NCBI GenBank assembly: GCA_964470995.1
Contig: CAYYEP010000001.1
Span: 65,813 to 129,812 of the forward strand
Length of the DNA stretch: 64,000 bases
Source: an uncultured Candidatus Saccharibacteria bacterium
GTDB taxonomy: Bacteria > Patescibacteriota > Minisyncoccia > Minisyncoccales > UBA5738
Reading direction: 5' to 3'
Shown in pieces: positions 8,728-17,635 of this stretch. The position numbers and the translations under genes were made by a program. The stretch's first letter is position 1. Every line of letters begins with the position of its first letter. Under the pieces are notes generated by a model, which worked only from the letters and a program-made list of their open reading frames with translations, had not been told where the DNA came from and did not search any database.

Positions 8728-9867
8728 TTATTTGTTTAAAATTTTTTTATACAGGCCAATCGTTTTTTCGATCATTATATCCGACCTGAATTGTTTTGCC
8801 GTTTCTTTTGCGGCCAACGACATGCGATGGCGCAAAGCGGTGTCGCGCAATAAAATTCTGATTTTCTCCTCGGCCTCTTCCACATTACCCACGATAAAAC
8901 CGTTTTCCCCATCACGAATAATTTCCGGGGCCACGCCGACAGAAAAACTGACCGGGACTAAACCTTGCGACATTGCCTCAATTAAACTTAGCGAAAATCC
9001 TTCATAACGCGAAGTTAAAACCGCAATACACCCGGCGTATTTTGCGAGTAAAGCCGGAATGCTGTCTTTTACGGCATTCGCAATTATGGAATGATTTACA
9101 ATATTGTCTTTCATCCATTTAACCAGCTTTTTGTTTCTCGACATTGTCACGGAAAATTTTTCGACCTCCGGAAACCGCTGGAAAAGCCAGATGAGCCGAT
9201 CAACTCCCTTTAACTTCAGCGTAAACGGGTCTTCACCGATTCTGCCCAAAAAAATAAGGGCGGGTTCATTTCTCAAGCTCGCATTCGGCGATTCAAACCA
9301 ATAATCCTCAATCGCGTTATAAATCACTTTGATTTTATCGGCCGAAATCCCGACACTTATCAAATCATTTTTTACTATTTCGGATGTGGCAATAATATAA
9401 TCGGCGCGCTCCGCCGCGTATTGCTCGATGGAGGCAATGTCATTAAGCGGGCGGCGGCTTTTTATGTTAAGTTCGCGGAGTACGCCAGCTCGCCTAAAAC
9501 GCAGGAAAATTTCACTGCATCCGTTTTCCAAATTGCTTGTTTTTGGAACGGCTCGCAAAAAACCGATAGTAGTTGAGCCGAAATGCGACACCACCGGCTT
9601 GGAAAAACGAAGAAATGCGAGCGGAGTGTAGGTTGTTCCCTGAATAATATCATGGCGCAGTATGTCTTCGCGCTTTTCCAGCAATGAATAAAAAAAGAGA
9701 ATATTATTGATGCCCTTAAAATTGACCGGCGTATCTTTCAGTAAAAAACGCGGATAAAAATTATTTACCTTGGCGCCCTTCTCTCGCAGCTTACAGGCAA
9801 TAAGATCATTGATAAAATGCGCGCCGGTGCCTTCTTTTTTGTCGCTATGGATAAAAGCTACTTTCAT
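8728..9867 (-). CDS. glycosyltransferase family 4 (GT-B, GT1/GT4-like)
   Basis: C-terminal EGFSLSLIEAMSQGLVPVS...ENGFIV motif. Confidence 0.8.
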   Translation of the reverse strand: MKVAFIHSDKKEGTGAHFINDLIACKLREKGAKVNNFYPRFLLKDTPVNFKGINNILFFYSLLEKREDILRHDIIQGTTYTPLAFLRFSKPVVSHFGSTTIGFLRAVPKTSNLENGCSEIFLRFRRAGVLRELNIKSRRPLNDIASIEQYAAERADYIIATSEIVKNDLISVGISADKIKVIYNAIEDYWFESPNASLRNEPALIFLGRIGEDPFTLKLKGVDRLIWLFQRFPEVEKFSVTMSRNKKLVKWMKDNIVNHSIIANAVKDSIPALLAKYAGCIAVLTSRYEGFSLSLIEAMSQGLVPVSFSVGVAPEIIRDGENGFIVGNVEEAEEKIRILLRDTALRHRMSLAAKETAKQFRSDIMIEKTIGLYKKILNK

Positions 9868-9919
9868 TTTTTTATTTCATTAGATCATCAAGCAAAACTC
9901 GGCGGCGATTAACAACCTT

Positions 9920-10030
9920 TTATACGGAAGACCAAAGATAGCTTCGGGCGGACAGGGTCTCTATCGGGAGGGTCGGGCCGAGAAGGCGTTTGCCGACGCG
10001 GGTCAGTTTTTTAATTTATTTATTTTCCAT
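9920..10030 (-). pseudogene. AbrB-like remnant (copy 3) with an in-frame TAA at codon 5
   Basis: MENK-TAA(10018-10016)-IKKLTRVGKRLLGPTLPIETLSARS.... The intact paralog has Glu (GAA) at this position. Confidence 0.5.
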
Positions 10031-10045
10031 AATGATTTTTTTGTT

Positions 10046-10081
10046 TTGCCACTTACCTTGCTACTTACATTGCTACTTACA
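10046..10081. repeat. 3 x 12-nt tandem repeat (TTGC[C/T]ACTTAC[C/A]), operator-like
   Basis: ttgccacttacc ttgctacttaca ttgctacttaca lies directly upstream (minus sense) of AbrB-like copy 3. It is related to the motif at 5732-5766. Confidence 0.7.
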
Positions 10082-10134
10082 TATAATCTTACGATAAAAC
10101 CGCGACCCAGCAAAATACACAGGACAAAAAATAA

Positions 10135-10731
10135 TCATACTTTGGCCGCGGAAAACAAGACTTTAACCAGCCTTTTGCGCGCGACCGCGTAGAGTAGAAT
10201 TGAGCCCATAATAACGCAATATAACGGGAAAGCGTATTCCGAGGGGGCCCAATTTTTCATGGCAAAAAAAGGCGTTGCCAGATTAACCAAACCGGTGATA
10301 TAAGGAGTGATGTTTTCGGTTTCGGGATAGCGCCACGCCTTGGCCAGCGTCGGAATGGTGGAGAAAAAGTCACTGATGATTGCCAAAAATATCGCCACCA
10401 GCGGATCTTTAGTGAGATACCAGAAGAACAAAGCCAAAATGGAAGACGCGCCGCAAAGATAATCGAAATTATTCAACCGCCAGCCGGTTTTTTTATTGGC
10501 AAACGAAGCGGCAAAAACGATAAGCGAACCAACGCCGGAGGCGAAAGCCGGCAAAGCCGGCCAGCGCGCCCCGTCGGTAAACGCCGCGGCCGCCGCGATT
10601 AGAGGCACTATCCCCCATAACAACCAGGTTACCCGGTTGGGTTTTGCCTCCCCTTTTAGCGTCGCTTTGGCGTAAACGAGATTACCCCAGAATTGCAAAA
10701 TTACTCCGAAGATAACCAAATATTCAAGCAT
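10135..10731 (-). CDS. integral membrane protein, unknown function
   Basis: 198 aa with about 6 hydrophobic helices. Confidence 0.65.
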   Translation of the reverse strand: MLEYLVIFGVILQFWGNLVYAKATLKGEAKPNRVTWLLWGIVPLIAAAAAFTDGARWPALPAFASGVGSLIVFAASFANKKTGWRLNNFDYLCGASSILALFFWYLTKDPLVAIFLAIISDFFSTIPTLAKAWRYPETENITPYITGLVNLATPFFAMKNWAPSEYAFPLYCVIMGSILLYAVARKRLVKVLFSAAKV

Positions 10732-10836
10732 AATTTAGTACAAAAGATTTACCTCGTCCGATTTTCATTCCGCTTTTTTAAACGGCACACACCGATTTTT
10801 TTTATAGCCCTGATCGCTTGGCGGCGGGGCAGCTTA

Positions 10837-11232
10837 TTACTCATAATTGCCGTGTGATTCGGGTTGGTGCAAGATTTTTTCCACTTTCAGTTTTTTTTCG
10901 CCCTTTGGGGTATTAACGGAGATCGTATCGCCGATCTTATAGCCCAGCAAGGCGCAACCGATCGGAGAAAGCACAGATATCTTCCGTTGGCTAATATCCG
11001 CGGCCTCGGGAAAAACAAGCCAGTATTCAAGCTCGTCCTTGGATTCAATATCGCAAAAAACCACCAGCGAATTCATAGTTATCACATCGCCGGGAATATC
11101 CCGCGGCTCGACGATCGTTGCCCGATTCAATTCGGCGAGCAGAGCTTCGTCATGATTGTCGTGGCGCTGTTTTTTGTTTATTATCTCGACCAATTTTTTA
11201 TAGTCGTTTTTGGTTATGTATATTGGATTCAT
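10837..11232 (-). CDS. GreA/GreB-family protein (Rnk-like regulator of nucleoside diphosphate kinase)
   Basis: 131 aa. The C-terminal VSVLSPIGCALLGYKIGDTISVNTPKGEKKLKVEKI matches the GreA/B C-terminal domain. Confidence 0.75.
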   Translation of the reverse strand: MNPIYITKNDYKKLVEIINKKQRHDNHDEALLAELNRATIVEPRDIPGDVITMNSLVVFCDIESKDELEYWLVFPEAADISQRKISVLSPIGCALLGYKIGDTISVNTPKGEKKLKVEKILHQPESHGNYE

Positions 11233-11262
11233 ATCAATAATTAAAAACCGGCCTTTTAATTG

Positions 11263-11301
11263 CCGGTTGTTTGCTGCGCGTTCGCGCTGACAAACAACCG
11301 G
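11263..11301. other. long GC-rich hairpin between the rnk-like gene and the tRNA locus
   Basis: CCGGTTGTTTG...GCGCG-TT-CGCGC...CAAACAACCGG. The 11-bp outer stem is perfect. Function unknown (processing site or terminator?). Confidence 0.5.
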
Positions 11302-11440
11302 TCAGGAACCGGTTTTAAGAGAGACCTTTTGGTTGGAGTTAATCATCCGCATAAGCTTAGCTATGGTATAGCAAGAAAGAAAAAAACAAGCAAACAAATT
11401 TTTTATCGAGCCTACGAAATTGAGCGAGCTTAAAATATAA

Positions 11441-11498
11441 GCTGGCCAAGGTCGCACCTTGGCATGCTCGCCGAGGAACGACCTTAAAAAACAAATAC
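11441..11498. repeat. extended-hairpin intergenic repeat, copy 2 of 3
   Basis: AAGGTCGC-A-CCTTGGC-loop-GCCGAGG-A-ACGACCTT-AAAAAACAAATAC. Confidence 0.65.
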
Positions 11499-11518
11499 TA
11501 AACGTTCGGTTACCGTTG

Positions 11519-11583
11519 CGGAGGGTGGAGGATGCTTCAAGCTTGCTTTTCGCAAGTTCAAACCTCCGAGGGGCTGTCCCCAA
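11519..11583 (-). pseudogene. orphan 3' fragment of tRNA-Ser (variable arm to discriminator) with an insertion in the T-loop
   Basis: TTGGGGACAGCCCCTC-GGAGG-TTTGAA[CTTGCGAAAAGCAAG]CTTGAAGCAT-CCTCC-ACCCTCC-G. There is no 5' half. Confidence 0.6.
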
Positions 11584-11587
11584 CCTA

Positions 11588-11848
11588 TTTAATTCGTGAA
11601 AAAGCGGAGGGGGCGAGATTCAAACTCGCGGTGGCTTTTGGCCACAACGGTTTTCTTCGCTTTGCTGCGGCGTCAATTTCATTGCGGAGGGTGGAGGATT
11701 CGAACCTCCGAGGAGTTTCCCCCAACTGGTTTTCAAGACCAGCGCTATAGGCCACTCAGCCAACCCTCCGCAATGAAATTGACCAAGACCATCTCCTTTC
11801 CTACTGGTCACAACGCTCAGACACCCCTCCGCTTTTTCACGAATTAAA
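11588..11848 (-). other. outer tRNA-Ser-like unit interrupted by a 129-nt insert that carries the functional tRNA; flanked by an 18-nt perfect inverted repeat
   Basis: 5' part GGAGGGGTG...ATGGTCTTG and 3' part AAAACCGT...GCGAGTTTGAATCTCGC-CCCCTCC-G. Flanks TTTAATTCGTGAAAAAGC (11848-11831) and GCTTTTTCACGAATTAAA (11605-11588). Confidence 0.55.
11685..11769 (-). tRNA. tRNA-Ser (anticodon UGA), no encoded CCA
   Basis: Manual cloverleaf: GGAGGGT/ACCCTCC acceptor, D-loop GAGTGGCCTAT, anticodon arm CTGGT-CTTGAAA-ACCAG, long variable arm, GGAGG-TTCGAAT-CCTCC, G73. Confidence 0.85.
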
Positions 11849-12005
11849 GTTTTCCCCGCCTACGCGGGACTTCCTGCTGGTCGCAAACCAGCGCCATGAC
11901 TCCCTCGATTACGCGGGAACCATCAAAAAAGCACTCAACCAACCATCCCTACTCCATACCGGTTTTACCGGCATGGATACAATTAATCACGCAATACGGT
12001 AAAAA

Positions 12006-14564
12006 TCAAGCTTGTTTTTTCCCGAATAGCAGCCATTTGAACGGTTCAAACCACAGGGCGCCCAGCACGCCTAAGGCCGCGGCCCGGGCAAGATCGGCGG
12101 GCATTACCGGATCAAAATGGAATACCTGGCGCAAGGGCGGGTATAGCAACACCGCAACCAACATCATCAGGGCGGCGGCAAAGACCCAAAGAAATGCTCT
12201 ATTGCCGTTAATAAATACCTTGAACGGATTACCCCAGCTTAAATTGGCGACGATCAAAAACAGGTTGGCAACCAATATCGCAACAAACGACAGGGCGCGG
12301 ATCTGGCCTTCGCTTTGGCCGGAATGGAGAGCGGCCATATAAACAATAAATACCGCCACGAGCACCCCCAATCCCTGCAATAAGCTGGTCCAGAAGGCGC
12401 GGCGGCCAAAAAGAGACCGGCTTAAACGGCGCGGCGGCCGGTTCATAATATTTTTTTCGGCGGGCTCATTTTCGAAAACTACCGAACAAGCCGGGTCGAT
12501 AACCAATTCAAGAAACGCGATATGCGCCGGGAAAAATACTACGGGCAGATTCAACGCTACGGGTAAAAACGACATCCCCGCGATCGGAATATGCACCGCA
12601 AAAATATAGGCGATAGCCTTTTTAATGTTATCGAAGACCGTTCGGCCCATACGAATGGCGCGGACGATCGAAGTGAAATCATCGTTAAGCAGGACAAGGT
12701 CGGCGGTTTCGCGAGCAACATCGGTGCCGCGCTCCCCCATGGCAATACCGATATGGGCGGCTTTGAGCGCCGGGGCGTCATTAACACCATCTCCGGTCAT
12801 GGCAATGGTCATACCCTTATCCTTGAGCGCGTTGATAAGCAACATTTTTTGTTCGGGAACTACACGCGCAAAAACGTTCACGGTGTCCAATTTTTTAACA
12901 AGGTCGGCGCGGGCCATAGACTGGAGTTCCATGCCAGTTAGACATTCGTCCGGATTCTTAAGGCCGATCTGGCGCGCGATCTGGCGCGCGGTGGCGGGAT
13001 AATCGCCGGTGATCATACAAACCCGGACTCCGGCCGTATAACACTCTTTAACGGCCGCCGGAACCGACGGCCGTACCGGATCTTCAAAACCAAGCAGACC
13101 CACGAATTCAAAATCAAAATCATGCTGGCCGCTGGCATTAAGCTTATCTTTGGCAACCCCGGCAACCGCCACCCCCAAAAGCCGCAAGCCATCGGAAAGC
13201 AGCGGTTCCATGCGTTGCATAAGTTTTGTTTTTTCGGGTTCGCCAAGGTGGCATAGTTCGGCGATCGATTCGGGGGCGCCCTTGGCAGCAACCACATAAC
13301 GCCCGCCGTCGCCCGTTTCCCAAACGTGCGAAAGCGCTAAAAGGTTGCCCGAAAAAGGATATTCTTTTATTAATCTCCAATTTGAATGCAAATGGCTGGT
13401 TGATTTGAGGAGAAATTCGCCGGTTTTTTTAATTTCTTTTTCCAGCGGGTCGAACGGGTCGGTTTGGCTGGCAAGAATACCGTATTCAAGCAGTTCTTCG
13501 TATTGTTCGGGAATGATATTGCCGCCGGCGCCATAATCATCGACATTTAACGAACCCTCCATTACGGCCAGTTTTTTCAAGCGCATCTGATTAAAAGTGA
13601 TCGTACCGGTTTTGTCGGAACAAAGGATATCGGCGGCGCCCAGCATTTCAATGGCGGCGGTGTTGCGCGTCAAAACTTTTCTTTTTGATATGCGCCAGGC
13701 ACCAATGGTCATAAACAGCAACATTACCACCGGGAATTCTTCGGGCAACATAGACATACTGATCGTCAAACCGTAAAGAACCCCCTGCAACAGATTGCCG
13801 TTGGCCGCAACATAGATCGCGACAGTTGCAATACAAAGACCCAAGCCGATGATGCCGAAAAATTTTGTAAGCCGGGCGGTCTCGGATTTTAAATGAGTCC
13901 CTTCATCGGCAACCGCCTGCAGAGACTTTCCGATCTTGCCCATTTCGGTATTGATACCAGTGGCAACCACTTTGGCAAAGCCGTGTCCCCGGTTTATGAG
14001 CGTCCCGGAATAAATAAACTGCAGATTATCCCCTCCGGGATGATCGCCGGCGATAAGCCGTTTTCCGTCCCAAACCGATTTTGAAACGGCGACCGACTCA
14101 CCGGTAAGTAAAGATTCATCAACCGATAAATTAACCGACTCTAAAACCGCGGCGTCGGCGGCAACGCGGTCGCCTTCGCGCAGGATCATAATATCCCCCG
14201 CCACCACTTCCCGGCCAGCAACGCGTTTTTGCGCGCCGTCGCGGATTACTAACGCCCGGGGACTGGATAAATCGCGCAAAGCTTCAAGGGCGCGTTCGGT
14301 CTTGCGCTGCTGGTAAAAAGTGATGCCCACAATAAAAAAAATGAAAGTGGAAAGTATCAAGGAATCGCTCAATTCTCCCAAGTAAAAATAGATCATCCCG
14401 GCGACAACAAGCAATAAAAGCATAGGCTCTTTAACCACTTCGATCATAATTAAAAAAAGGCCGCGTTTTTTTTGCGACGGCAATTCGTTATAGCCGTCTT
14501 TTACCAGCCGCTCCCGGGCTTGTTTGGAGGTAAGCCCTTCAATCATTTTGGGATCGTTAAACAT
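12006..14564 (-). CDS. cation-transporting P-type ATPase (P2-type, Ca2+/Mg2+-like)
   Basis: 852 aa with DKTGTITFN phosphorylation site, TGESVAV, MITGDYPATA and TGDGVNDAPALK. Confidence 0.9.
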   Translation of the reverse strand: MFNDPKMIEGLTSKQARERLVKDGYNELPSQKKRGLFLIMIEVVKEPMLLLLVVAGMIYFYLGELSDSLILSTFIFFIVGITFYQQRKTERALEALRDLSSPRALVIRDGAQKRVAGREVVAGDIMILREGDRVAADAAVLESVNLSVDESLLTGESVAVSKSVWDGKRLIAGDHPGGDNLQFIYSGTLINRGHGFAKVVATGINTEMGKIGKSLQAVADEGTHLKSETARLTKFFGIIGLGLCIATVAIYVAANGNLLQGVLYGLTISMSMLPEEFPVVMLLFMTIGAWRISKRKVLTRNTAAIEMLGAADILCSDKTGTITFNQMRLKKLAVMEGSLNVDDYGAGGNIIPEQYEELLEYGILASQTDPFDPLEKEIKKTGEFLLKSTSHLHSNWRLIKEYPFSGNLLALSHVWETGDGGRYVVAAKGAPESIAELCHLGEPEKTKLMQRMEPLLSDGLRLLGVAVAGVAKDKLNASGQHDFDFEFVGLLGFEDPVRPSVPAAVKECYTAGVRVCMITGDYPATARQIARQIGLKNPDECLTGMELQSMARADLVKKLDTVNVFARVVPEQKMLLINALKDKGMTIAMTGDGVNDAPALKAAHIGIAMGERGTDVARETADLVLLNDDFTSIVRAIRMGRTVFDNIKKAIAYIFAVHIPIAGMSFLPVALNLPVVFFPAHIAFLELVIDPACSVVFENEPAEKNIMNRPPRRLSRSLFGRRAFWTSLLQGLGVLVAVFIVYMAALHSGQSEGQIRALSFVAILVANLFLIVANLSWGNPFKVFINGNRAFLWVFAAALMMLVAVLLYPPLRQVFHFDPVMPADLARAAALGVLGALWFEPFKWLLFGKKQA

Positions 14565-14783
14565 TTTTTATTTATATATCTTTTTGGCTTCCGCTTTGGC
14601 GAGCATAGCAACATTGCCCGCGCGCCGATTAGGAATTACGAGCGCAAAACCGGAAATTAAAAAAGGGTTCAATCCGATTGTTTAAACATTAGGTATTATT
14701 ATATCCGATTCTTCCACTTCTTAAAACTAATCCTCTATAATATAATGAATTAATATCTTAATTTTAAACAATTAAAAATAATT

Positions 14784-16700
14784 ATGACAAAAGTTTTTTC
14801 GGCAGCTTTGGCGGCAATGGCGTTAACCGCTTTGGGTTCGATAATAATCATCGGCGCGCTGGATAGCGGCCAGATGCCGCCATCGGTGACGATCGGCGGC
14901 CAACCGGGTGAAAATTTAACCGGCGATTCCCAGACGGGGATCAATAACGGCGATCTGTCCGCGAGCAGCACCACCGGAATAACCGATTTTCCGGAAAATT
15001 CCGGCACGATCGACGACTGGAACACCGAGACCGCTGGAATGAACGAGGGAATTGTTACTAATTCTTCGACGGGCGGCAGCGGAAGCTGGAATTTTACGGG
15101 AACAGATAGCGGAGGCGGCCGAACGGCAGGATCGGCGAAAATGGCGGCGCCTTCGGCAACCATGTATATGGCAGAGTCGGATTCAATCGGCTTGGCGACG
15201 GGCGGGGCGAAAGATACCAATAATTTCCGGGAGAACATCAAAAATGGGTATCTGCCGCTGGAGACCGACATTACCTATGAAGGCCTCTATTACAATTATT
15301 ATTTTGATACCGGCAAAGCGCAGGCGTGCGAGAAACTTTTTTGCCCTTCCTACAGCAAGGCGGTCAGCAAAGATCCATTCTCGGGAAAGGATGAATATTT
15401 CCTTACCGTAGGATTGAATTCGGGCATCAAGGAAAGCGATTTTGACCGTAAAAAACTGAATCTGGTGGTGGTAATGGACATATCCGGATCAATGGGCTCA
15501 CCTTTTAATCAATATTATTACGACCAGTTCGGCAACTACCAGACCCCAAATGCCGAGGAACAACAAGAAATGTCTAAAACAAAAATGCGCGTTGCCACCG
15601 AATCATTGGTGGCAATGACCAAGCATCTGCGGAGCGATGACCGCTTCGGCGTAGTATTGTTCGACGACTACGCTTACACAGCCAAACCGCTGTCTTTGGT
15701 GGGCAAAACCGATATGGACAAGATACGCGGACATATTCTGGATATCAGCGAGCAAGGAGGCACAAATATGGAATCCGGGATAAATGAAGGAACCTCGCTT
15801 TTCAAAGAATTAAAAGAAGCCAATCAAAACGAATACGAAAACAGGATAATCTTCATTACCGACGCCCAGCCCAATATGGGCGGCACTTCCCAGGGAGGCT
15901 TTATGAACCTGGTACAACAAAATGACGGCGATAAAATTTATATGACATTTATTGGCGTGGGCGTTGATTTTAACACCGAACTGATCGAGTCGATAACCAA
16001 AGTGCGAGGCGCCAATTATTATTCGGTTCATTCAAGCCAGGAATTCGCAAAACGAATGGACGACGAATTCAATTATATGGTCACGCCGCTGGTGTTTAAC
16101 CTTAAGCTGAACATGAAGTCGAGCGGGTTTGAAATAATGAAAGTATACGGTTCACCGGAAGCCGATACGGCCACCGGTGAATTGATGAAGGTTTCCACGC
16201 TTTTTGCCTCCGCGACTTCCGAAGAGGGCACTAAAGGCGGGATTGTACTACTGCATCTTAAAAAAATAAACGACAATGCCACAATCACTTTATCGACAAG
16301 CTACGAAGACCGCAAGGGCGTTGCCGGAGGAGACACTTCAACAATAACTTTCGGCGGCCAAAGTGCGGAGTATTTTGAAAACACCGGCATTCGAAAAGGA
16401 ATACTGCTGGCGCGCTACGGCAATATGATAAAGGACTGGATATATGATGAGCGCGGCCACGCAAATTATACCGCCCAAACCTGGGAACCCAGAATCAATT
16501 ATACCGATGGTATTTACTGCCCTCCCCCGGTTTGGCCGAATTTGGGCCAGTGGGAACGCCAGTCGATGCGCCTGCAGGTATCCAGCGCCTATAAAAAATT
16601 GTTTGGTATATTTAAGACATACTTTGACGGTGAGATCAAGACGATCGGCGACGAAGACCTGCGGCAAGAATCCGATATTCTGGAAAAACTTAGCCGGTGA
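14784..16700 (+). CDS. von Willebrand factor type A domain protein (exported)
   Basis: N-terminal signal/TM sequence. MIDAS VVVMDISGSMG. Large C-terminal extension. Confidence 0.8.
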   Translation: MTKVFSAALAAMALTALGSIIIIGALDSGQMPPSVTIGGQPGENLTGDSQTGINNGDLSASSTTGITDFPENSGTIDDWNTETAGMNEGIVTNSSTGGSGSWNFTGTDSGGGRTAGSAKMAAPSATMYMAESDSIGLATGGAKDTNNFRENIKNGYLPLETDITYEGLYYNYYFDTGKAQACEKLFCPSYSKAVSKDPFSGKDEYFLTVGLNSGIKESDFDRKKLNLVVVMDISGSMGSPFNQYYYDQFGNYQTPNAEEQQEMSKTKMRVATESLVAMTKHLRSDDRFGVVLFDDYAYTAKPLSLVGKTDMDKIRGHILDISEQGGTNMESGINEGTSLFKELKEANQNEYENRIIFITDAQPNMGGTSQGGFMNLVQQNDGDKIYMTFIGVGVDFNTELIESITKVRGANYYSVHSSQEFAKRMDDEFNYMVTPLVFNLKLNMKSSGFEIMKVYGSPEADTATGELMKVSTLFASATSEEGTKGGIVLLHLKKINDNATITLSTSYEDRKGVAGGDTSTITFGGQSAEYFENTGIRKGILLARYGNMIKDWIYDERGHANYTAQTWEPRINYTDGIYCPPPVWPNLGQWERQSMRLQVSSAYKKLFGIFKTYFDGEIKTIGDEDLRQESDILEKLSR

Positions 16701-16745
16701 TCTGCATAGCCTCCATCCGGGGCTTCCCGGATGTATCAAAAAAAC

Positions 16746-16770
16746 AAAAATTCCCTTACAGGAATTTTTT
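16746..16770 (+). terminator. rho-independent terminator after the vWA gene
   Basis: AAAAATTCC-cttaca-GGAATTTTTT. Confidence 0.7.
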
Positions 16771-16801
16771 GTTTAGATGCAATAATTAGAGCGACAAAAT
16801 G

Positions 16802-16980
16802 AATCTCCCCGGGGACAAACGCGACGGGATCTAGGTTGAACCGCCTTCCGCTTTGTTCCAGGCGTCCCCCGCATACTGCGAGGGAAAATTTTCATCCCCC
16901 CCGCTTCCTCCCGATTACGGGAGGCGCCCCGCCGCAGTCGCGGCGGAAAACGCGCGGGGTATTAAGATTTGTTCAATAAA
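16802..16980. repeat. GC-rich multi-hairpin intergenic repeat, copy A (full length, ~179 nt)
   Basis: Near-identical to 34532-34705; the last 83 nt are identical. Contains hairpins CCTCCCG-ATTA-CGGGAGG and CCGCCGC-AGTC-GCGGCGG enclosed by CCCCGC/GCGGGG. Confidence 0.8.
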
Positions 16981-17034
16981 TAAAATTAAAGAGGTTGAAG
17001 CATTATATCCCGAAGGATTGCCCAACCTCTAAAT

Positions 17035-17250
17035 TTAAAATGGCCACCATTTTCTTTTTGGTTTTGCGGGCGGAAAAGTTTCAAGAGCGGCTTGTCTGCT
17101 TCTCCCGCAACCACCGCAATAATTCTTATAGCCATACATCTCCTGCCCGCACCAATTGCACAGCGGCACAGGGATGGATTCTACTCCGCAACTGGGGCAA
17201 AACCCAGCGCTAGTAGGGTTTCCACATTTCGGGCACATTTTTCCACGCAT
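17035..17250 (-). CDS. double zinc-ribbon small protein
   Basis: CPKCGN...CPSCG...CNWCG...CGGCG. Confidence 0.6.
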   Translation of the reverse strand: MRGKMCPKCGNPTSAGFCPSCGVESIPVPLCNWCGQEMYGYKNYCGGCGRSRQAALETFPPAKPKRKWWPF

Positions 17251-17635
17251 TCTTCCACCTCAAATGATTAATATATTGGATGTATATTATTTTGTTTAGG
17301 TTTGTCAAGATTTCCAAGTTTTGCTAAATCAGTTAACCTTTTCTATCTTGGAGTTGGCATAATAAGTTGTTGTTTGCCCAATCCACTTAAAATGTAATGA
17401 AAAATATGGCTGGATTTGATATTTTTTCTCGCGAAAAAAAGCGTCTTTAAGGTTGTTGCCACCAATTCAATAATAAAAATCAAGGAAAATTATCTCAATT
17501 AAGCGTTTAATTTCAGTCGTAAGATAAGCGCACAATAACGCACGATAGGCATTTTGATAGTCTGTATATATAAATTGCAACCTTTTTTTGTACCCAAAAC
17601 CGACCGACAAATTGAACGGCCAAAAGCTCGATTTT

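Noticed and set aside
11588-11612. The outer tRNA flank GTGAAAAAGC-GGAGGGGGCGAGATTC as a relic attR of the same LSR family (compare GTGAAAATTGGCGG-AGGGGGCGGGATTC at 22008-22036)
   Set aside because: Beyond the shared tRNA-Ser acceptor and T-arm sequence, similarity is limited to about 7 nt (GTGAAAA), which is too little to claim. It is noted as something to test once more element copies are available.
12557-13536. Multiple 60-125-aa ORFs inside the P-type ATPase gene (similar sets lie inside ileS, alaS, argS, vWA and others)
   Set aside because: These are alternative-frame or antisense shadows of long, motif-verified genes.
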